From Laetmonice hystrix (Eukaryota): a stretch of DNA of 64,000 nucleotides. How positions within the stretch are numbered: the first letter of the stretch is position 1; each line of letters starts with the position of its first letter. A model generated the notes under the pieces. It was not told the origin of the DNA and searched no databases. It saw only the letters and a list, made by a program, of their open reading frames with translations. Location of the stretch: the NCBI GenBank assembly GCA_965235115.1, contig OZ249439.1, positions 8,556,001 through 8,620,000 of the forward strand. The letters are read 5' to 3'. The position numbers were made by a program, and so were the translations under genes. This document shows positions 53,106 to 64,000 of the stretch, piece by piece.

Positions 53106-56100
53106 CCCAACCCCCAATTCCGTGAAATGTCACCATGAGGTATGACGTTTGGTGTATTCAGCCTGCCAGACTGCCAGCAGACCCCACACCAATGTAACAA
53201 TGCCCTCGGGACACACTTAAAACTCGATTAATCTTTATTTGCCCGATCCTCCTTGACACTTGCCAACACCAGCCCACATATGATCCTAATATATTATGTT
53301 TACTACCATGCCTAAAGGCGGCGACGACTTTCGATGAAGACATGAAAAAGAAGAAAAAAGTTCATTTACGAGAACCACCGGCGTCTGCCTCGCTCTCATG
53401 AACGCTCTGACCAGTGGCGAACGAACGTCTGACTGACCTCTGACCCGACAGTCCCACAGTCCCTATACCTAGATGTTTATAGGTCGGCTGGTAGCCCTTA
53501 CGACTGGTAGCCCTCATACTTCTCCCTCATTCCCCATCCTAACCCTTCAGGGATATCCCGGATGCCTAGATGATAAGTTTGACATAACGTCTGTGTCCAT
53601 ATCCCCGCCCTTCACCGCTAGCATGTCATGTGAATGTAATGTAGACATGGACCAGTCAGATAGAGGCCAAACATTTTCCTTATAATTACAAGGACTCTAC
53701 ATTGCTTATAGTTTTCGGCATTTTTGGACGCTACAAATCCTCCGGTTCACGCTGAAAATATCAATGTTGGGACACTGAAGAAAGAGTTGCACGAAAATGG
53801 GACAAGGTAAAAACCCAGGGGCAATTCTCATCTCTTTTCCTGTAAGTATACTTTTACTATTATAGCGCAAAAATAATAAAAAGAAACAAAAATACAGTCA
53901 TTTAGTCAAAAAGTGTCCTCTATTCTACTCTTTGTACCGTAGAACATCATCGTGTGTAATGGGACAGCGAGCGCTCGGAGCGGGTTTCGTCAAAACTAGG
54001 TCAAGTGGAAGCAGACGACACAATTCCGCATTCCACGTTCTCCGCAGTACGTCACCCAAAAAAACATCTCTTCATTGACGCTTTTACTCCATCAACCACT
54101 TGATGGTCAACGAGGAAGTCACTCGGTATAACTTTTACTGGAGATAAACATACTCCTTGAGATATGGCGGTGTATACTAGCCAACCCTGGCCTCATTACG
54201 TAATTGTTTCGAAGAGTACGTACCGGGCGGACGAATAATGTACTGCGTCTATAAGGACACTTAAATCTCTCTCGGTGAGCAACTGTCGCGCCCGTATTTT
54301 CTGCTCAGAAGATAGAAAAAAAATTGGCTTCAAATAACGATGAAAAAGGATAATTGTAAGCCGCGCCCACTTTCAAACTGTTTGTGTCTACTCCTACCAT
54401 GTGTTGGTCCTATCTCCTTGCGGGTTATGTCAGCATCATCATCAATAAGGCTGCTTTGATAAAACGTTTTCACTAATGGCGAGGGCCTGTGAAGTGGGCC
54501 CTAATCTCGCCGAGTGCGGAGGACGCGTTGATGGGCCAGAGAGATAACATGTCAAAACGAGGCAGTTTCACTCGCCGGGTCGGGTTCATAGAGAGCCACG
54601 TCACGCCGAACGCCAGTCGGACGCCGACGTCGGCTGTCGACCGGAAGTGTCTCGAGAATCTCGTGTCAAACGGGATCCGTCAGCGAGAGACCCTCGTCTG
54701 CCGTCTGCCACCTCTATCTATACGTTCTCGGAGATCGGACTCGAGAATCTATACTCCAGTTGTTCTTGCGCTTAGAGCAAGTTAAAGTTTGCAATTCAAT
54801 ATCTAGATCTATTTCCACGATATAGTTATCAAGATTAGCTTTTATTCGTGAAAAGATGGCAGACAGACAGGAGTTACGTATTTATGCTACATAAACTTTG
54901 GGATGGGGGAGGATGTACATTTTTTGTACCTCGTTCTAGATCTCTGCCTCCTTGTCTTGTCGTGGGGAAGCATGGGTGAAATGGATCAGAAATAGCAATT
55001 TGATCCTTAAGATCCAATAATTTACCAGAATATAGGCCTACTTCCGAGAACATATAAGCCCAAGTTTTGGTGGTTAAACCGGTCAGTTTCTCCGGTAGTT
55101 GGTGTGGTATAGTGACCGCCAGGTTTGTTCATGAGAGGTGGGTGAGCGAGTGTTCGGTGGTGTGCAGGGTGGGGGTGGGGGGGGGGGGGTAAGTGTAGGA
55201 GTTGGTGCGTGTTGGGTATATATGTGGCTGGGGGAGGGAGGGGGTGGGTGCGGTGGCCAGACACGGGGAGCCCGGGGGAGTCGTGGGGTCGGGCCGGTGG
55301 CGCCAGAGCGGGCGGCCGAGGCCCTGTGCCCGCCCCGGCCTGTCACCTCCAATGTCCATCATGCTCACCGACTTAACACACAGCTAGTATAACACTCTCC
55401 CCCGCCATACTATATCAAAAGCACGCATAAAGCGTGTTTCTGTGCAAAGTCCGCATTTAACTTGGTATCGAGTAGGCAACCTCCTCTGACCCCTCCAAAA
55501 ACCTCCTGTGAAGGACAAACAATGACTGGTGTCCGTGTGGTTAGTAGGTGAGCAGCTATAGGCTGCGTGTTGTTTGAGCATTAAACTTCCACCTGACTGC
55601 CTGCCCCTCTGCTGGCCCCTTATCGGCCCCATCGCTCCACTATACTCTAATCAACCTGGACCTGAGCTACACTTTGAAGCTATCACAGACGTAATGGGAT
55701 TTTAAACCTCTCCTCTATACTAGAATCCAAAAACTTTCTCCTCTCACATGGTATAATGTACATTTTATACACAAAATCATCGGTGACATTTCAGTCGGAA
55801 TCTTTGAACAAATAATACAGACGCAAAGCAATCACCTAACTCGGACGTTACGAAGAGTGTGTAGAAAAAGTGAAGGCTAGGTTGACCCTGTTTGGTCAGC
55901 TCTTGGAGGGTTAGAGGGGCTAGGATTAGCCATTCCTTCATGGAGTACAAGAGGTCTATCCTAAAACCCCGCAGCCTCTGTGGGATACTGTGATATCCAT
56001 CACCGGTTTAAAAAGAGAACGTTGTTGTATCCATTTATCGATTCACACAGACTGATTGCATGAAATAACTGCAATATGTTCCTCATCTGTCACTCCGTGT

Positions 56101-56494
56101 TAGCAAAAAAACACAGCAACTGTATTAAAGATAGCTGTTGGCTATTAATTGATTTGATCACTTAATGACTGAAAAGTTTGATAAATTAGACAGTATGGAG
56201 TAAAGTCGGTGAAGGATTGTGTCAGGACTGGGGCAGTGGATGATTTGTAGACTCCGGGTTTGCAGGCTCGTATATCAACCCTTTAATTTCTATTGTAAAC
56301 GGCTGACAAAGGACCCCACCGGTTTATATAGGCCCAGGCAGGCCCCACCGTCAGGCCGCACCTGCTGGTCGTGGCAATCAGGAACCATGACTCTGGTCAC
56401 ATATACCAAATGCCACGACTGTGACTACATGGCAAGTATACCATGGGTTCAACGTGGTCGAATAACATGGGTCAAGCACCATTCGGATATACAG

Positions 56495-57107
56495 ATATAA
56501 CAGACAGGCCGGATAACATGGGTCCAGCTGCATTCTGATATGACAGACAGGTCGGATAACATGGGCCCAGCAACATTCTGATATGACAGACAGGTCGGAT
56601 AACATGGGCCCAGCAACATTCTGATATGACAGACAGGTCGGATAACATGGGCCCAGCAACATTCTGATATGACAGACAGGCCGGATAACATGGGCCCAGC
56701 AACATTCTGATATGACAGACAGGTCGGATAACATGGGTCCAGCAACATTCTGATGTATGACAGACAGACCGGATAACATGGGCCCAGCAACATTCTGATA
56801 TGACAGACAGGCCGGATAACATGGGCCCAGCAACATTCTGATATGACAGACAGGCCGGATAACATGGGCCCAGCAACATTCTGATATGACAGACAGGCCG
56901 GATAACATGGGCCCAGCAACATTCTGATATGACAGACAGGCCGGATAACATGGGCCCAGCAACATTCTGATATGACAGACAGACCGCACAACATGGGCCC
57001 AGCAACATTCTGATATGACAGACAGACCGCACAACATGGGCCCAGCAACATTCTGATATGACAGACAGGTCGGATAACATGGGTCCAGCAGCATTCTGAT
57101 ATGACAG
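56495..57107. repeat. 43-bp minisatellite, ~14 copies
   Basis: Unit ATATGACAGACAGGTCGGATAACATGGGCCCAGCAACATTCTG. Confidence 0.95.
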
Positions 57108-57969
57108 ACCCAACCATTATGGCAGATTGTGCAACACTGACCCAAAAGGAACTTGAATATCTTATATTTTACATATCCCCATTCGCGCATAATTACAAAG
57201 CTCCCCCTATTCATTTCTCCTTCCTCCCCCCACCCCTTCCTCCTTCCACTTCTGAATTTCTTCATTCACACGTCTCCGTGTACGCGTCCATATAGCCCTG
57301 ATATCCGGGGGTGGGGGTTGTTCCGTATCTCCGTGGCGTCAGGAGACCGTCTGTTTTTGAGTTATCCCACCAGGGTCCGGCGGGGGCCAGGTCCGGCCCA
57401 CCCGGCCCTCCCGGCCCTCCCGCCCCGTTACGTCTCGGCTCACGATATGCCGAGACGGTCGTGCCGTGCATGGCGCGCTGCTACACATTCAGTATAACGT
57501 TACCTCCATGCCACCCAACGTAAACAACACCAGGCAGCCCCCCCCCCCCCCCATCATTGGCAAGTAGCAGGGGCTCAGCATCAACTTACTCCTTCCCACC
57601 AGGTGTAGACCTGTGGCAAGTCTCATATTGTCATCTTACATTTTCAACACCGTAAACCCCTACATATACCTGTAATAAAATATCACCTTAATTTGGCAAT
57701 ATGTCTCAAGTAAATCACCGACTGGATTAAGGCCTTCTGATCGGTCATAACAGTGGAAATCTATGGCAATTCCGCTAGGTGTGAGCGGGGGACCCTATTG
57801 CCTTCCGTTCTGATGACCTTAATGTGATTGAGTATAAAACACTTCACGCGCAGGATACAGATAGCTGGGACTGGGAGTTCAGAACAACCGGGTTTGGTCC
57901 TAACATGGTCATGCAGAGCTATACAAGAGGTTTACAGAGCTATACAAACATACTCCATACCGTGTATTA

Positions 57970-58380
57970 ATAGAGTATCATTGCCAGCCCTCATTATGTA
58001 TATCAATGGCTTTACAACAACCCCCGTCTTCATGCCAATACATAGAGTATCATTGCCATCCCTCATTATGTATCATTGGGTTTAACAAATCCTGTCTTCA
58101 TGCCAATACATAGAGTATCATTGCCATCCTTCACTATGTATCATTGGTTTTACAACCCTGTCTTCATGCCAATACATAGAGTATCATTGCCATCCTTCAC
58201 TATGTATCATTGGTTTTACAACCCTGTCTTCATGCCAATACATAGAGTATCATTGCCATCCTTCACTATGTATCATTGGTTTTACAAACCTGTCTTCATG
58301 CCAATACATAGAGTATCATTGCCATCCTTCACTATGTATCATTGGTTTTACAACAGATCCTGTCTTCATGTTAATACATA
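57970..58380. repeat. 66-bp minisatellite, ~6 copies
   Basis: 22-codon period in ORF 58076..58510. Confidence 0.93.
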
Positions 58381-61300
58381 CTCCGGCAGGAAATACCCGA
58401 CCTCGTACCCAAAGATTTCCCCACCATATCAAACACCCCGTGTTTCCCACACATTACCACCTCATACCCACACTTACCCCATCTCAAACCCCTACTGGCC
58501 TCCACACTAACCCACGTCAGTACCACACATTATACCATGAACCTCTTCCCCAGACCTTTTCACAGATACTTACTCCTCCACCTACCCGATCCACTAACTC
58601 ACACACCACTCAGCTATAACTGCTGCTCCTCTTGCCCGGAGGTATATTTGTTCCCGTCATATCTTTTCCCGCCTATGTCTACGGGGTGTTAAAAGGCCAT
58701 GGCTACAAATTACTTTCTCGTTTACATTTTAATTGCGTTAATATCCACAAGAGGTTCACTAAGATAAGGGTCACAGTGGAAAAGTACACATGAGAAGATG
58801 TTCAGAATAGCATCAAGTTTGATATATGAATATTTTGCCCTACTTCTTTATTTTTGTTTTGTTTCTGGGCTCTTTGAATTCCTAAAACTATCTTTACCCT
58901 GTGGCTCGCTATAAACTGTAATTATTTACGCAAACATTCAGCACCAAGAAACCTAGCACATCGATTTAAGTTTTTCTTGTCTTAAAGGAACCGTGTTCAT
59001 CCTTATGATGGTTGAAGAAAAGTTGGGGAAACAGCTGCCAGCTGAGGGTGTTGTCAGTCGACGGGTGGAGGGGAAGGGGGGTGTGGACATGAAAGGGGTC
59101 CGTGAGTCGGGGCGGGGAGAGGAGGCCGCCGGCGCCGGTCGACCACACCAACCCGGCGCCGCTACTAATAGTGCTTTAATACGTTGATAGATGGCGCTAC
59201 GTCATGACGTAATTGTCCAAGTCGACACGGAATGTATGTGGTGGTGTAATGGGAGCAGGGTATAGAGTGGGGTATATACGCTGACTGTGGACGGGGTAGA
59301 TAGCCGTGAGAGGGGGAGTGGAGGGGGTGTTTATAACGACAGGGGCGTGCAGAGAGTACATCTGTCATATATATGACGGACGCTGAAGCACATGGTCGAC
59401 ATAATCTTTGGCAAGCGACCATCTAGAGACATGATTACAGAGGTTGTTAAGTAAATGCTGCTGCTAATAAGTCAAGTTTTTGAGTACATATTAATCAATC
59501 AAAAGAAAACACCAAAACATGACTTCATTCTGTCTTAAAATGTAACAAAGTAAAACAACACTTTTTATTCTTCTTATCTCCTTGAAGTAACCTTGAGTGG
59601 CAGTCACAAAAGGAGATGACACACACATAATAGCAATAAACTTGGAGCTATTGTCACACACGAACAATCAGACACGCTGACTCCATGGCTCAGTCCTGTT
59701 TACCTGGTCGTGGACGTATCCAGTGACACTAAACTTGCTGGAGGCACCCCCACCCTCACCCCACCCCTCACCCCACCCCTCACCCCCACCCTCACCCCAC
59801 CCCTCACCCCGGGCCGGGGCGGGGTAAAGGCGGGGGGACAGGTAGGGTCCTCAGGTATGAGGTATGGGCCTGTCGAGGTGACGAACGCTATAATTGAAAG
59901 GGGTGAGTTGTCACCCCCCCTCTCCGACCCCCCCCCCCCCCCCCCCCCCAGTCCGGCGCGTCCAACGTGCTGTATACAGGCGCCCGCGGCCATACGTGCC
60001 GTGGCCGATCGAGGCGCCACTTAGCGCCACTTACAGCGCCACAGGTAGGACAAGGGACGCTTCACGGCCGTGACGCCTGGTGACGCTAGCCCCGGTCCCT
60101 GGCCAGCCAGTGGAGTGAGACGCTCGCCTGGCAGCCTGTGTGGGGACCGGGTAGGGGGTACGATACCTATCGGCCCAATTATCGCCCGCCGTGTTGTGTG
60201 GAACGTTTTGACTCGGGTTTAATACGGGCCACTTGGCTCTCATTACGTGCTGCTCTAGTCCTTACACCAGGGTAAACGGGAGAACACTCGTTACTCTACA
60301 CACTCGTGTTACTACACTTCTATATGACGACCTGCTGTTGGCTGGAGCCGGTCCTACCAACCACAGCCGCTGGATGGCTTCACAGTCACAGCCACAAAAC
60401 GGGGACAGATCCCGAAACCATGACTCGAGTATTGCCCGACGTTTCCCCCCGGCTGTCTCCGCCTGCCTGCTGGACGCGATCCGGGGTCTACTTGAGACGT
60501 CAGCGAGTTCCGTGTCTGGGGGTAGCGTCTACAAGCAGGCCCCCAGTCCATGGTAGTCGGAGCCCGTTAATGTGGCCTGCCGCCGTGAACCGCCTGGCCG
60601 CCCCAAGTCTGGCGCCACGCCACTGAACACCAAAGCGCCGCACCAAATGTACCATTGCGGCATCAATTTCTCCACTAAATTTTTGCCACATGTAGCGGTT
60701 CGGTCAAAGTCGAACTAAATGGTGCTATATGTGCCGGCATAGCTTCTACTGCTACTCTAATTAGGTTCCAATTAAAGTGGCTTGGGGGTAGATTAAAACA
60801 AACATCAGTAATATAATACGGAGTGTCTCGCTCTAGTCTGTCACTTCTTATATAAACCAGGAGCAAAAGGCCATACTCAAGTAGCGCGCCGGCTAACTGA
60901 TACCATGTGATCGGCAAATATTGCGCATTTTCACATGGCACTCCGTCTACCGTGGGGTTGTGCCGGCGGGCGGGCGGGCAGATCGGCCGGCGGCTGTCGA
61001 CTGTCGCGCCGCCAGGAGGGGTGGGGTGCCGAGCGGAGCTGTCAGGATCCGCCGACACCGTGGCTACAGCCGGCGGGCGGCCCCCCGCCCCCACCCCTGG
61101 CTCCACGGTCCGGGACCCGATGATCTACCACTCGCCTGCACCACAGTTTACGGTCAGTCTGAGACTGCTTAGATCCTCACCTTCATGGCCACTCTCCGCC
61201 CTCCCCGTGCCCGCTGACTGCAGCCCTTAGATTGGCTCCAGAAATCCTCCAACCTCAAGTAGTAATGTTTCCCAGTGGGCCGGCTTGGTTCCTATAGCGC

Positions 61301-61917
61301 TGACTGGGACACGGTAACCCGAGCCCTACATTACCCCGGCCCCAGTGCCCCCGAGCCCCGTCGAGTTAAACTGCATGTTAACCGGGGAGAGGTCTCAAGT
61401 CAATGCGTGGTTGTAAGAGCACAGTGATACCAGCTGGCTTCGTTACCAGACCTCAACCTCTCTACCAAACTTTCTTCACCTTCTCCACGACAGAATCATT
61501 TATAACACCCCGCCTCCGGCAGCACCCTCTCCCACCCACCCCTCCGGTCTTACGCACACCCTCCGAGAAGACCCGTCTACTTGATTAAAGAACCGTGCAA
61601 CTCAAAGAGCACTGATGTACCCTGTTCATGCGCTATTTACTTTTTCTCCATCTCCACTGTACATACCGTTTATCGTACGGTGTGTCGGGATTTGACGGAC
61701 TCAGATTTCGGCTTAGATTGACACCACTGATGAACCTTACGGTGTAACAAATGTAGCGGGTCGGCCCTGCTGACATCACACTATACACCACCACCGACGT
61801 ACGGTAATACACATATAGCATGGAGTAAAATACACATGCCAGCTGACAACCACTGTAAAATACACATACAATGTCTGCCTCATCAGTCCACTCTATCGTA
61901 TCCATTCCGGGTACACA

Positions 61918-62670
61918 TAACCAGTCACACAACATGACCTGACCAGTCAAACAACATACCCACAACGTGCTCTCTGTCTGACCAGTCACACAACACACAC
62001 TAACCAGTCACACAACATACCCACAACGTGCACTGACCAGTCACACAACACACCCACAACGTGCTCTCTGTCTGACCAGTCACACAACATGACCTGACCA
62101 GTCACACAACATACCCACAACGTGCTCTCTGTCTGACCAGTCACACAACATACCCACAACGTGCTCTCTGTCTGACCAGTCACACAACATACCCACAACA
62201 TGCTCTCTGTCTGACCAGTCACACAACACACCCACAACATGCTCTCTGTCTGACCAGTCACACAACATACCCACAACGTGCTCTCTGTCTGACCAGTCAC
62301 ACAACATACACTGACCAGTCACAAAACATACCCACAACATGCTCTCTGTCTGACCAGTCACACAACATGCACTGACCAGTCACAAAACATACCCACAACG
62401 TGCTCTCTGTCTGACCAGTCACACAACACACCCACAACATGCTCTCTGTTTGACCAGTCACACAACACACCCACAACGTGCTCTCTGTCTGACCAGTCAC
62501 ACAACACACCCACAACATGCTCTCTGTCTGACCAGTCACACTAAACACCCACAACGTCTGACCATGCAGTCACACAACATTCCCACACCAGCTCTGTCTG
62601 ACCAATCACAAAAAAACACACTTCACACTGACCAGTCTCACAACATTAACCCCACACTGACCAGTCATAT
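61918..62670. repeat. 39-bp minisatellite with truncated variants, ~18 copies
   Basis: Unit CTGACCAGTCACACAACATACCCACAACGTGCTCTCTGT. Confidence 0.93.
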
Positions 62671-64000
62671 ATATACACATACACCTAAAAGGTTTCCACT
62701 TTCTGACCAGTCACACCGTATCCTGTCCCTCCTGAGGCCGACACGATAGCGCACAGCATCTATTTCATCCAAAAGACACAGACATCAGAGATCTATCTCT
62801 AAAAGTACCTCAGACATTAAAGAAAACAGATCCATACTACTGTCGTCTCAAGAAGTTACCACCATGAAGATTAAGATGAACAAAGCCCATGATATGTGAC
62901 CTACATCTATGAGGTGACCTATATACCATAGGAATTCTATACCTAAACGAGCTGTCCAGTAATGGCCTAGATTTTGTCACCAAACCAATCACAGAAAATA
63001 CATACTTCTCCCCTTCACGGGAACAGTCACTAACGGGGCACATACTTCTTCGTCTTAGTCCCAATCAAAAATCTTTATTTTCACAAAATAAGTTGACGTC
63101 TCTCCATGTTATGTACAGCGTAAAGATTGTAGTTTTGTCTCACGATTATCCAAGTACAAAAAATGTACATTGTACAGCGTTCGCTATTTCTGATAATTTG
63201 TCGTTATTCTAATCTTTGTAGGTTTCACCTGACACCTACACACATATCCTAAATTTGATACAGTCTTGTAAAGAAAGAATAAAATACTGTCCCTCGACTA
63301 AAAATGTATACTACAACTTATAACGTTTATGGCCAGCGTACGGTTTTGTAACCAGAAACTTTTTATACCTAACCATGACCAGGAGCTGTGATGTAATAAT
63401 GAAAGTGCATGCAGACTCCCTCTCACCTGTAAACACCTGCGTCAATCAAAGTGCATCTCCATTTTTTCAAAGGTAAACATCTCTAACACATCTAGGTCTC
63501 AGTGAGTCCCGCACGCACACATACAATCACACACCTACAATCACACCTGTCTGGCAGACTTCCCCCACGCACACCTCATTCTGACAGTGATTTGGGGCAG
63601 ACCTCAGGTTTCTGCGGACACCAGCCAGAGTACAGGCATCTGTATCACCTGAGCTTGACTAAAAGTGTTACTCGATCGAATCCGATTAAAAGTAAACATT
63701 TAAATCAGCCCTCCACGCCAGATTACCCTCATTGTGCCGCGGTCGGCGGGGGTTGGAGAGGGTGAGGGTATGGCAGGGTGTGTGAGAACGCCCCCCGCTG
63801 CGTCCCACCGACCTTCATTCACCACCTGTATATGTCACGGCCATCTATTAACAACATCCACGCTCCCACATAAAGCAGCCACCGTTTTGTTGTCGAGTCA
63901 TACCGATCGCCCTTGATGGCTGTTCATACGAGTGCACTCATTCAGGCTGTGAGCACCCTGGGTCGGACCGTGCGGAACCAATATTAGCAGTGCAATCGGT

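Larger units (their letters stand above)
15146..64000 (-). other. Probable giant intron (>48.8 kb) within the PH-domain coding region
   Basis: The expected preceding exon (GTxSIT...YFExDE type) was not found on either strand; ORF track here contains only repeat-derived or unrecognisable ORFs. Confidence 0.75.

Noticed and set aside
56378-57265. Cys-rich ORFs of 213-295 aa
   Set aside because: All three minus frames are open across a 43-bp array; repeat artefact.
37731-60868. Identical 17-mer ATAAACCAGGAGCAAAA at 37731 and 60852 as paralogous TATA promoters
   Set aside because: A 17-nt match between two positions of a 64-kb window is expected by chance at a non-trivial rate, and the flanks do not align.

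Overview
Eukaryotic (bilaterian invertebrate-like; taxon is inference) genomic DNA. The only gene I can support is the 3' part of a neurobeachin/LRBA-family BEACH gene on the minus strand. It has 16 GT-AG exons from 15145 down to the stop at 2078, with consistent phases (2247 nt, 748 aa: second half of the PH domain, BEACH, WD40 propeller, C-terminus [17 protein letters not shown]). From 15146 to 64000 I found no further exon, so I read this as one giant intron. It corresponds to the PH-domain intron that hosts nested Mab21 genes in other animals, but no Mab21 ORF lies in the window. About a fifth of the window is locally born minisatellites with mutually unrelated units. The most striking signal is that tandem amplification repeatedly captured splice junctions of this gene: 5 of 16 exons carry duplicated splice sites (17 donors, 10 acceptors, 10 acceptors, 2 acceptors, 2 acceptors). 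One array is in frame and stop-free, so it could add up to 9 extra 29-aa WD40 segments; five more exons have arrays abutting the acceptor. Also seen: a 360-bp MITE with perfect 13-bp TIRs and a 6-bp TSD inserted in a minisatellite, several CTCF-like motifs, and a triplicated 67-nt hairpin. All coordinates were read by eye; no searches were run.
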